A stretch of DNA of 36,986 nt from Gammaproteobacteria bacterium. Lineage in GTDB: Bacteria; Pseudomonadota; Gammaproteobacteria; GCA-001735895. Both the position numbers and the translations under genes were made by a program. Below the pieces are notes generated by a model. It was not told the origin of the DNA. It ran no database searches and saw nothing but the letters and a program-made list of their open reading frames with translations. Location of the stretch: assembly GCA_003231795.1 (NCBI GenBank), contig QIJI01000050.1, positions 1 to 36,986 on the forward strand, read 5' to 3'. Positions 1 to 8,912 of the stretch are shown one piece after another. Position 1 is the first letter of the stretch. The number at the start of each line of letters is the position of its first letter.

Positions 1-240
1 TCTTTCGTTGTCACACTTGTTATTCTGTCGCTGGCCGCATCAGTCATTCACCTGTTAAGCCTTTGGCTTGAACTTCCCGATGTTGTCGCCCTGCTGTTAA
101 TGGCGTTTCCGCTGGTACTGTTTATTTCATACTGCTGTCACGAATCACGGGCACAAATAAAACGCGCGACAATTCGAATTTACAGTAGCTTTGCTGCGGT
201 AGTGATTGCGAGCGCGGCTATTGTCTACTTCATCGGTTGA
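1..240 (+). CDS. 3' end of an integral membrane protein (partial, enters from the left edge)
   Basis: Frame 1 is open from base 1 to TGA at 238-240. It translates to ...SFVVTLVILSLAASVIHLLSLWLELPDVVALLLMAFPLVLFISYCC...SSFAAVVIASAAIVYFIG*, which contains three hydrophobic TM-like segments. It is absent from the ORF track because no start codon lies in the window. Confidence 0.4.
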   Translation, partial: SFVVTLVILSLAASVIHLLSLWLELPDVVALLLMAFPLVLFISYCCHESRAQIKRATIRIYSSFAAVVIASAAIVYFIG

Positions 241-249
241 ACAGGGTTA

Positions 250-954
250 CTAATTGTTGAAACCGTAATCGTATTTCTGACTACCGCTGGAATTAAAAAC
301 CTGGGCGTGAAACGACAGAATGACGCGATCTTCTTCGCCAACGTAGGGAAACGGCATATGTTTGATATGCGCCGGGAAAACGCACAACTTGCCATCCTGC
401 GGGAAGGAGTCCCAACTATTGTCGTGCAGGTACAAATTACCGTAATCACCGAACCCGCCTGCCATATGTTCGACATGGGGCCCATAGAAACGGGTAACGC
501 CATTGGGTTGCTGCCCTTTAACATCGGTCGCCGAACGACTGCTATCGGCCGCGCGTAGGTAATAAACCCCAGACCACGAGGCATTACCGTGTACATGCAT
601 TTCATGGAAGGAATGGCCGTTGGATATCTGGAACCAGAGCCCGGAAATGGTCACGCGCACTTTTTCGTCTTCACGCCACAATCCCCGGTTGGCTTCCCTG
701 GCAACCTCAACAATACTTTCGCTGATATAATCAGCGAGTTCATTCAACTCTTTATGAAGCGGGTACCGACTGAGCAAATCATCGCGACTGGCATAGGCTT
801 GCTCAGGGCTGCGTTGCTCACGGTCGCGATGTTGATAAAAAAGTTCGAGTAACGCCGGGTTGACCTTTTGATAATGGGCAAATCGTTTAGACAACAGTGT
901 CGTAGACCACAGCTTTACAATATTCGGATTATCCTGTTTGGTTTTTTTTGCCAT
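250..954 (-). CDS. Putative 2OG-Fe(II) oxygenase-like protein (TIGR02466 / PF13759-like, uncharacterised family)
   Basis: 234-aa ORF. The motif pattern HEMHVHGNASWSGVYYL ... VFPAHIKHMPFP resembles the HxH...SGVYY...H signature of the TIGR02466 family (from memory, no search). It lies 50 bp downstream of, and co-directional with, the 1005..1922 ORF. Confidence 0.6.
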   Translation of the reverse strand: MAKKTKQDNPNIVKLWSTTLLSKRFAHYQKVNPALLELFYQHRDREQRSPEQAYASRDDLLSRYPLHKELNELADYISESIVEVAREANRGLWREDEKVRVTISGLWFQISNGHSFHEMHVHGNASWSGVYYLRAADSSRSATDVKGQQPNGVTRFYGPHVEHMAGGFGDYGNLYLHDNSWDSFPQDGKLCVFPAHIKHMPFPYVGEEDRVILSFHAQVFNSSGSQKYDYGFNN

Positions 955-1004
955 AGCCTTTTATCGATTTGATCTCGGTCTGATCTCGAGTTCGGTCTTG
1001 CCGG

Positions 1005-1922
1005 TTAAGATGTCGGGGCCTTGTTATAGCGCTGACATTTTTCAATATAAAGACGCGTGCTCTGAGGCATGGGTACGCGCGCACCCGCTATATAGGCGAT
1101 CAGGCGCCTGCCTTCCTGAATCAGATCACGACCATAGGCGACGCGCATGCGCGTCATTTGATCAGCCGATTCGGCCAACACAGGCTTGAATGCGTTGAGT
1201 TGCTCGCCCAGCGCGACAAAATTAGGCCAGACCTGAAAAATAATGGGATCCTTTTTCATCGTTTCGGCGGTTTGTCGCGCCGCTGTTGCATAGTCGTGAA
1301 TCAAATCTATTAACTCGGCAAACATCGGGCGCGTACAAAAATTCTGGATTATACATTCCGCGACCTGATCTATTTCGTGCATCCCCTGCGCAATTTTGAC
1401 AAAGCGCGATTCGAAAAAATCGGCTATTGGCATGGTGAAAGCCTTAAACGGCTCCCCCCAGACTTCATCGATTCCCTCACAACCACTGTGATGTCTGACC
1501 TGCTGTCCCAGTTGCAACGCTTCCTCGAAACACTCGCTACACTCGCGCATCAGGTCATTGTCATGACTGACCTTTACCCCGAGTTCTGCCAGGTTCACGA
1601 TCGACGTGAACAGATCGGTAGCACGATTAAAAAGTGCACCGGCCAGCATCGCGGCATTAACACGCTTGCGCCCGGGTTCGGTTTCATCCAGATAGGCTTC
1701 ACGCGCCGCATCGAGGCTTTGGCCCGGGGTATTGATACCGGCTTCGGTATGATGGAAAGCACGCCGGGTAAGACTGTCAATCAGCCGCTTTCGATTAGCC
1801 AGTGTATTATCCAGCGGCGCATAATAACGAATCCAGTAAGCATCGTAGAAAACATACTCGACCCTGTCGAAAGTTCGTCGCTCACCATTCGCTGGAGTCG
1901 GTTGTGGTCTAGCGGCTTCCAT
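1005..1922 (-). CDS. Hypothetical protein, 305 aa, no family recognised
   Basis: Long ORF with no stops, divergent from recC. It has coding-like composition and contains a Cys/His-rich patch (MRECSECFEE...RHHSGCEG). No Shine-Dalgarno is visible before ATG 1922, so the start is uncertain. Confidence 0.65.
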   Translation of the reverse strand: MEAARPQPTPANGERRTFDRVEYVFYDAYWIRYYAPLDNTLANRKRLIDSLTRRAFHHTEAGINTPGQSLDAAREAYLDETEPGRKRVNAAMLAGALFNRATDLFTSIVNLAELGVKVSHDNDLMRECSECFEEALQLGQQVRHHSGCEGIDEVWGEPFKAFTMPIADFFESRFVKIAQGMHEIDQVAECIIQNFCTRPMFAELIDLIHDYATAARQTAETMKKDPIIFQVWPNFVALGEQLNAFKPVLAESADQMTRMRVAYGRDLIQEGRRLIAYIAGARVPMPQSTRLYIEKCQRYNKAPTS

Positions 1923-2115
1923 AGGGCCCGCAATTTATTGGTATCATCTGGGATCTGACAATCAAAAAACAATCCAGCTACAATGTTATGAAATCTGTCG
2001 GCGTAATCAATGCTTATTTTAACCACGCCCGATCCGGGTATTCCGCCATGGCTCATCCAGTGAGCCGTGATCGATTTATAGTAGCCCGCTTAATGTTTCC
2101 GTTAAACCCGACTAC

Positions 2116-5100
2116 ATGGCATTAAATATCCTGAGTTCAAACCGCGTCGAAGTCCTGCAGTCAAGGCTTGCACAGCGGATTTCTGAAGCGCCACTGGGCG
2201 ACCCGTTTGCCCCAGAGACTATTGTGGTCCCAACTTATGCGATGGGGCGCTGGCTCAATCTGCAGTTTGCCAAACAACAGGGCATAGCGGCAAATTTCGA
2301 ATATCCGCAGATCGGCCCATGGATCTGGCAACGGGTAGCCTGTTTGATGCAGGTAACTGCGCAAACGGACCCCTATTCCGAAAAAGCCCTCGGTTGGCAG
2401 ATTTTCAAATTGTTACCCGGGTTGCTCGGCGAAGGCGGGTTCGAGCTGTTAAACCGTTATCTAGATAATGACCAAAGTGGTATCAAACGCTGGCAACTGT
2501 CGCAACGTATTGCGCGCTGCTTTGATCGCTACCAGCTATATCGTCCACAAATGATAACGAGCTGGGCCGAATCTCGCGAAAGCCACTGGCAGGCGAAACT
2601 ATGGCGGGCCATTGTCGCTGACAATCTTTCGCCACACAGGGTCGCAGCTCTCGCTACCAGCATCGAGCGCCTGAAACAGCCGGACCCGCCAAATCTTCCG
2701 CAACGCATCAGTCTGTTTGCACTTTCCAGTCTGGCACCGGCTTATGTTGAATTGTTACACGCGCTGGCATCACAAACTGAGGTAACCCTGTATCAACACA
2801 GCCCTACCGATCAATACTGGGCCGACCTGGTTTCAGAAAAGACCCGTGCACGCAGGCGTCTACAGGACCCTGCGCAGGACGATTACTTCGAAACGCGCAA
2901 TAGCCTACTCACCTCCTGGGGAAGACAGGGACAGGTGATGCAGGATCTGCTGCTCGATTTCGGGGCGATTACCGAGGACGAGGCCGAAGATAATCGTCCG
3001 CCCGGCAAGACCAGAATGCTGCATTGCCTGCAGTCAGGTTTGTTCGATCTGGCGCTGCCGCCAAACAGCCCGGTCGACGATTCAATCTCGATTCATATCT
3101 GCCATAGCCCGATGCGCGAGTGCCAGGTTCTGCATGATCAGTTACTGATGTTATTGCAGCGACATGCCGACCTGAAAGCAGAAGAAATTCTGGTAATGGT
3201 TCCGGAAATCGGCCGCTATGCACCCTATATCGAGGCGGTGTTCCAATACGATGACAGTGGCAAGCGACCCGATCTGCCATGGAATATTTCCGATATCAGC
3301 ATTGCCGATGGCCATCCACTGATCAAAAACTTTTTGCAATTGCTACGCTTGCCCGAAAGCCGTTTTACCCGCTCCGAGATCGTTGCTTTACTCGAATCGA
3401 GCGAAATTCGCAATCGTTTTGGTATCGATAGCGCGGGCCTCGAACAAATACACCAGTTACTCGATTCAAGCCAGCTACGCTGGGGAGTAAACGCCGAACA
3501 TCGCCAGTCACTAGGCCTTCCGGACACCCACGAAAACACCTGGCAACAGACCTGGGAGCGACTCTTTTGCGGCTACGCGATGAGCGATACCGAGTTATGG
3601 CAGGGGATCGCCCCCATCGATGATGTCGGCGTCGATGCCGCCATCGCAATCGCAGGCCTGAAGCAGCTATTTGATCGCCTGCTATGGTGGCGGGCCAGGT
3701 TGTCAACCAGTGCCAACGCAGCGACCTGGCAACAACGCCTGCACCAGATCCTCGACGATTTTTTTACCCCGCAGAACAGCAGCGATGAATTGTTACAGCC
3801 GGTACGCGACCTGATCAGTGACCTAGGGCAAACCGATTCCGGCGAGTTAAGCCCGTCGCTGGTACGTCACTGGATGGAAAAACATTTGTCGCGCAAACAA
3901 ATGGCCGGGCATCTCTACTCGGGTGGCGTAACCTTTTGCGGGTTGCAACCGATGCGCAACATCCCGTTCAAGGTTATTTGCCTGCTTGGAATGCAGGACC
4001 AGGCGTTTCCCCGCCGCGAGCGCCCACCCGCTTTTGACCTGATGCAAAACAGTTGGCAACCGGGTGATCCATTAAGCCGCGACGAAGATCGCTACCTGAT
4101 GCTCGAAACCCTGCTCGGAGCAAGACAATACCTGTATTTCAGTTACTGCGGCCGAAGTCTCAAAGACAACAGTGAGTGTCAGGCGTCGACGCTGTTGCGG
4201 GAATTGACCGACTATATCGACAACAATTTCAGAGCCGACGACAATGCGCGTAGTGCCAGTGAAACGATCACCCGCTTGCATCCCATGCAGGTATTTTCCA
4301 GCAGAAATTTCAGCCTGGAAAATCCGGCCTATGATCAATACTGGTATCATAGCGCTCAGCTACTGGCCGAGTACCGGGCCGCGAATAGCGTTGACAACTG
4401 GCCGCAACAGGCCCTCGATAGCACAAACGAAAAACAGTCAATAATCGAACTCGCTGAGCTGGTTCGATTCTACCGTCACCCGATTCGTTATTTTTTCCGC
4501 AAGCGCCTGGGTATCCATTTGCCCGACGAGGACAGCTTCGATGATGATGAAGTGTTTGCCCTTGATGGATTACAACAATGGGCAATCATAGAAACCATGG
4601 CCGCCCGTTTCATAACAGCTAACGAAAATGACCGCAGCTTGTTCAGCGCGCGCGGGCTGTTGCCTCACGGGCGCGCCGCCGAAAGCGAATGGATTAAACT
4701 GGAAAATGAATCGCGCGACCTGTTAGACAGGCTGCGGCCTTATCAGGGCCAGACAGGGCAAAGTCGATTTGTCGAATGTGACCTCGGCGACTTTTCGCTT
4801 AGCGGCGAAATCAGTGCCTGTTACCCGGAGCATGGCCTGATGCATTTCAGCGCCAGTAAAAATATCAAGGGTCGGGCCGTACTCGGACTGTGGCTGGAGC
4901 ATTTATCACTATGCGCGACCCATCAACTGGCTGGCACCGAAACCAGTCGGTTACTGATTAGAGGTAGCAAAGGAATCCATTTCAAATCGCTCGATGCGAC
5001 CACGGCCGCCGCAATGTTAACCCGTTATATTCAAATTTACTTGCAGGGACAGTGCCTGCCTTTACCGGTTTTCCCGAACAGCAGCTATGGCTGGGCATCC

Positions 5101-5301
5101 TGCGACGACCCCGATCAGGCCCAGCACGAGGCGCAGAAAGCCTGGCAGCGGAGTTTCTCTTTTTCAGGAGAGAATCAGGATCGTTATATTCAGCTGGCAT
5201 TGCATAACGGGCATGCGCAGCCGTTGCAGGACCCGTTGTTTCAGCAATATGCAAATCAGATCTATGGTCCAGCGATCGATAATCTGGTAAAGGACAGTTA
5301 A
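2116..5301 (+). CDS. recC: Exodeoxyribonuclease V gamma subunit RecC
   Basis: 1061-aa ORF. The N-terminus (LNILSSNRVEVLQSRL) is colinear with E. coli RecC (VYHSNRLDVLEAL). Its stop is 4 nt before recB, giving the recC-recB-recD operon order. Confidence 0.93.
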   Translation: MALNILSSNRVEVLQSRLAQRISEAPLGDPFAPETIVVPTYAMGRWLNLQFAKQQGIAANFEYPQIGPWIWQRVACLMQVTAQTDPYSEKALGWQIFKLLPGLLGEGGFELLNRYLDNDQSGIKRWQLSQRIARCFDRYQLYRPQMITSWAESRESHWQAKLWRAIVADNLSPHRVAALATSIERLKQPDPPNLPQRISLFALSSLAPAYVELLHALASQTEVTLYQHSPTDQYWADLVSEKTRARRRLQDPAQDDYFETRNSLLTSWGRQGQVMQDLLLDFGAITEDEAEDNRPPGKTRMLHCLQSGLFDLALPPNSPVDDSISIHICHSPMRECQVLHDQLLMLLQRHADLKAEEILVMVPEIGRYAPYIEAVFQYDDSGKRPDLPWNISDISIADGHPLIKNFLQLLRLPESRFTRSEIVALLESSEIRNRFGIDSAGLEQIHQLLDSSQLRWGVNAEHRQSLGLPDTHENTWQQTWERLFCGYAMSDTELWQGIAPIDDVGVDAAIAIAGLKQLFDRLLWWRARLSTSANAATWQQRLHQILDDFFTPQNSSDELLQPVRDLISDLGQTDSGELSPSLVRHWMEKHLSRKQMAGHLYSGGVTFCGLQPMRNIPFKVICLLGMQDQAFPRRERPPAFDLMQNSWQPGDPLSRDEDRYLMLETLLGARQYLYFSYCGRSLKDNSECQASTLLRELTDYIDNNFRADDNARSASETITRLHPMQVFSSRNFSLENPAYDQYWYHSAQLLAEYRAANSVDNWPQQALDSTNEKQSIIELAELVRFYRHPIRYFFRKRLGIHLPDEDSFDDDEVFALDGLQQWAIIETMAARFITANENDRSLFSARGLLPHGRAAESEWIKLENESRDLLDRLRPYQGQTGQSRFVECDLGDFSLSGEISACYPEHGLMHFSASKNIKGRAVLGLWLEHLSLCATHQLAGTETSRLLIRGSKGIHFKSLDATTAAAMLTRYIQIYLQGQCLPLPVFPNSSYGWASCDDPDQAQHEAQKAWQRSFSFSGENQDRYIQLALHNGHAQPLQDPLFQQYANQIYGPAIDNLVKDS

Positions 5302-5305
5302 CCTC

Positions 5306-8300
5306 ATGGTGCCGATACAACTAGACCCTACCGCTGTCCTCGAGCTGGAACTCGGCGGCATCAAATTAATTGAGGCCAGTGCTGGAACCGGTAAAACCTA
5401 TACCATTGCCGATCTGTACCTGCGCCATATCATCGCCGGTCGGCAACCATCACAAATCCTCGTAGTCACCTATACCAATGCGGCAACCGAAGAATTACAG
5501 GGACGCATCCGTGCACGCCTTTACCAGGCGTTACATTTTCTACAACAGGATCTCGACACCGATGACCTGTTTTTAAATCTGCTGCGAGCTCAATCGCGTT
5601 CCGCCGAGCCCCGGGTTCTACTGGAGCAGATTAAACGACTGCAATTCGCGCTTCGCAGCATGGATGAAGCCTGTATTTCAACCATCCATGGGTTTTGCCA
5701 GCGCAGCCTGCAAGACCAGGCGCTTGCTGGTAATCATTTTTTTGATTCCGAATTGCTGGAAAACGACGATGCGCTATGGCAACAGGCGTTACAGGACTGG
5801 TGGCGCAAACTGGTTTATCGTCTCGACCCAAATAGCTGGCAGCTAATTCGCAATCAACTGCCGAAGATCGAAACTTTAAAGGGCCGGCTTTTTCAAATCC
5901 GCAATAAGCCGTTTTCCAGGTTGCTGCCACAAAACAACTTCGAGTTATCGGCATTGCCGCAACAACTAAAACAAACCGTGACTGAATTACATCAACTGGC
6001 AGCCCAGTGGCAGCAGCAACGTAGCGAGATTGTTGAAATTCTTAACCACAGCAAAGTGTTAAGCCGCGCGCAGGCACTGCCTTACCACCCGGACAAGTTG
6101 CCCCGGCTAATTAAATCGGCGGACCAATTTTTCAGCGCTGACAAAGCCGAAACAACTTTCGAAGACTTTGAGTATCTGGGATCGGAGTTACTTCATAAAA
6201 GCTCTACCGACAAAAAACGAGGGCTGGACCCCCGGATCGATCACGAATTTTTCCAGGCCGTATCGAATATCGCAGCGGCCTGGATTGAGATTAAAAATGC
6301 GATTCAGCCGATGTTGATTCGGGACGCCTATGTTTCTGTTGCCAATCGCGTCGCGGAATTGAAACGTGAAATACCGGCACTTGCTTTCCAGGATCAGTTA
6401 TCGATGATGATTGAAGCGCTGGAGTCTGAACACGGCGATGATTTTGCAGCGCAGCTACGCCAGCAATTTCCGGTCGCCATGATCGATGAGTTCCAGGATA
6501 CCGATTCAATGCAGTATCGAATTTTCAGCCGCATTTATGTGAGCGGCGGAAATTCAGGTTTTACCATGATCGGAGACCCTAAACAGGCGATATACAGTTT
6601 CCGCGGCGGCGATATATTTACCTATATGCAGGCACGCCAGCTAAGCGATGTAACGCTTTACAGCCTGCTAACCAACTGGCGTTCAGAACCTCGGCTGGTC
6701 AGCGCCATCAATAGCCTGTTCGAAAGTCGTGCCGAGCCCTTTATTTATCAGTCGATTCCATTCGTGGCCGCAACCTCAAGTCCGACCAACGAGCGCCACC
6801 AGTTGATTCAACACGAGTCATCCGCTGCTCCCTTTATTCTGTGGCAGCTACCGCAAAATGAGCAGCACAAAAACTATAATCGGGAGCAAACGCGGGAATT
6901 GATCAATCAGGCCGTCGCCGCCGAAATCGGCAGGCTGCTTTCGCTTGAAAATACAGCCAGTATCGGCGGAAAACCGCTGCGAAGTGGCGACATTGCGATT
7001 CTGGTACGCCAGGCCAGCGAGGGGCAAGCACTGGCGCGCGTATTACACGAGCACGGAATACGCAGCGTAACCATCGGCAGGGAAAACGTGTTTCAAAGCG
7101 AAGAAGCGCTCGGGTTGTATGATTTGCTGGTCGCGATTGCGCAACGGGAAGACCCATTCCGGGCACGGCGTTCGCTAGCTTCAGGCCTGCTCGGTTTCGA
7201 CTATCGGCATATCGCCGAATGTATCGACGACGATGACCGGTGGCAGGACTGGCTCGATAAACTGACCGAATTGCAACAACGCTGGCAACAACACGGGTTT
7301 ATCTCGATGTTTCAATCCTTGTTGCATCATTTTGATCTGAGCGCACAACTGGCACAGCAGTCAAACAGTGAACGGCGCTTTACCAATTTGCTGCATCTGG
7401 CCGAATTGCTGCATCAACAGTCGGCCAGCCTGCCCGGCATTACACCGCTGCTGGCCTGGTTTCAACAACAGTTCGAACAGGATACCGGTGAAAACGCCGA
7501 ACTGCGCCTTGAAAGTGACGAGGCGCTAGTCAAGATAGTCACTATCCACAAGTCCAAGGGCCTCCAGTACCCCGTCGTTTTCGTACCCTTCCTGTGGTCC
7601 TGCAAAGCGGTTGGCAAAGAGCCGCCTTTTTATTATCACAATGACGAACTTTTACCCTGCATTGATCTGGGATCAGGGCAGCAGGGCAATCGACTCCTGG
7701 CGGACAAGGAACGGCTCGCCGAGGACCTGCGCCTGTTGTATGTTGCTTTGACCCGGGCGAGTTCACGGGTTTATCTGGCCTGGGGTGAGGCCGGTGACCG
7801 TGGTAAAGCCGGTTACGCAAATCAAACTGCGCTGGCCTGGCTGTTGCACTCCAACCAAACCCCGCAGCAACTGGGCCAGCAACTGGCGCAGGGTTTTCCA
7901 ACCACGATGAATTTCGAAGCCGACCTTGAGGCATTGGTCGCGCGCAGCCAGGGCTGCATCGAACGAATTCCATTACCACGACAAAGCGCGCCAAAGCAAC
8001 TCGCCAGCAGCGAAGTAAAAAAACCATACCAGCTCGATGAGTTCACCCGTAAATTTACCCGGCCCTGGCGGGTTAACAGTTTTACCGGCTTAACCCGTGG
8101 CGTGCATCAAACGGCGCTACGCGGCGGCACCGCAGTGCCGACTGATCGCATACTCGCATTCCCGGCCGGTAGTCACATCGGTTTACTGATCCATTCGCTG
8201 CTCGAACACCTCGATTTCACCGCTGATATTGCAGCACAATGCGCGCAACTAATGCCCACGTATTTACCGGCCTCCGGTATTTCGGCCGAAACAGACCAGC

Positions 8301-8878
8301 AGACACTGGTTCACTGGCTGCAGCAGATTTTGCAGACGCCGCTGAACCAGCAGGATCTGATGCTCAAGGAATTATCTGCACGACAACGGTTAAACGAGTT
8401 ATCGTTTGATTTTTCGCTGGATCATTTTGATCTTGAGGCGATCAATTCGCTGTTGCAATCGCTTGCATCGGTACCACTACAACCCGTTACCAGCGCTTCC
8501 TTCGGTGGTTTGATTACCGGTGTTATCGATCTCGTTTTCGAATACCAGGGGCGTTATTACCTGGCGGACTACAAAAGTAATTTTCTCGGCGGCAGTCTCG
8601 AGGACTACGCTCCCGACAAGCTGCAACTGGCCATGTTTGACCGGCGATACGATTTGCAATCTCTGCTCTATTCCATTGCGCTGCATCGCTATCTTGCAAT
8701 GCGTTTGCCGAATTACGAATACGAGACGCATTTCGGGGGTTGTTACTACCTGTTTCTGCGCGCCATGCGACCCGAGCATGGAGAATCTTTCGGTGTGCAT
8801 TTTGAGCGCCCATCCAGCGACAGTGTGCAGGCCCTGGATCGATTGCTCGACTACACCGCCGAGGATATTGACTTATGA
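5306..8878 (+). CDS. recB: Exodeoxyribonuclease V beta subunit RecB (UvrD-like helicase plus PD-(D/E)XK nuclease)
   Basis: 1190 aa. Helicase motif I is LIEASAGTGKTYTIADLYL (E. coli has LIEASAGTGKTFTIAALYL). It also has MIDEFQDTD, a GDPKQAIYSFRGGD motif and the C-terminal nuclease segment GVIDLVFEYQGRYYLADYKSN. Confidence 0.97.
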   Translation: MVPIQLDPTAVLELELGGIKLIEASAGTGKTYTIADLYLRHIIAGRQPSQILVVTYTNAATEELQGRIRARLYQALHFLQQDLDTDDLFLNLLRAQSRSAEPRVLLEQIKRLQFALRSMDEACISTIHGFCQRSLQDQALAGNHFFDSELLENDDALWQQALQDWWRKLVYRLDPNSWQLIRNQLPKIETLKGRLFQIRNKPFSRLLPQNNFELSALPQQLKQTVTELHQLAAQWQQQRSEIVEILNHSKVLSRAQALPYHPDKLPRLIKSADQFFSADKAETTFEDFEYLGSELLHKSSTDKKRGLDPRIDHEFFQAVSNIAAAWIEIKNAIQPMLIRDAYVSVANRVAELKREIPALAFQDQLSMMIEALESEHGDDFAAQLRQQFPVAMIDEFQDTDSMQYRIFSRIYVSGGNSGFTMIGDPKQAIYSFRGGDIFTYMQARQLSDVTLYSLLTNWRSEPRLVSAINSLFESRAEPFIYQSIPFVAATSSPTNERHQLIQHESSAAPFILWQLPQNEQHKNYNREQTRELINQAVAAEIGRLLSLENTASIGGKPLRSGDIAILVRQASEGQALARVLHEHGIRSVTIGRENVFQSEEALGLYDLLVAIAQREDPFRARRSLASGLLGFDYRHIAECIDDDDRWQDWLDKLTELQQRWQQHGFISMFQSLLHHFDLSAQLAQQSNSERRFTNLLHLAELLHQQSASLPGITPLLAWFQQQFEQDTGENAELRLESDEALVKIVTIHKSKGLQYPVVFVPFLWSCKAVGKEPPFYYHNDELLPCIDLGSGQQGNRLLADKERLAEDLRLLYVALTRASSRVYLAWGEAGDRGKAGYANQTALAWLLHSNQTPQQLGQQLAQGFPTTMNFEADLEALVARSQGCIERIPLPRQSAPKQLASSEVKKPYQLDEFTRKFTRPWRVNSFTGLTRGVHQTALRGGTAVPTDRILAFPAGSHIGLLIHSLLEHLDFTADIAAQCAQLMPTYLPASGISAETDQQTLVHWLQQILQTPLNQQDLMLKELSARQRLNELSFDFSLDHFDLEAINSLLQSLASVPLQPVTSASFGGLITGVIDLVFEYQGRYYLADYKSNFLGGSLEDYAPDKLQLAMFDRRYDLQSLLYSIALHRYLAMRLPNYEYETHFGGCYYLFLRAMRPEHGESFGVHFERPSSDSVQALDRLLDYTAEDIDL

Positions 8879-8912
8879 AACCGGCATATGAAACCGATTT
8901 ATGAAATCGCTG
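8874..8912 (+). repeat. Three tandem 13-bp units, each carrying an ATG, at the recB/recD junction
   Basis: The units are tatgaaaccggca (8874-8886), tatgaaaccgatt (8887-8899) and tatgaaatcgctg (8900-12). Their ATGs are at 8875, 8888 and 8901, and only the third opens recD. Confidence 0.8.
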
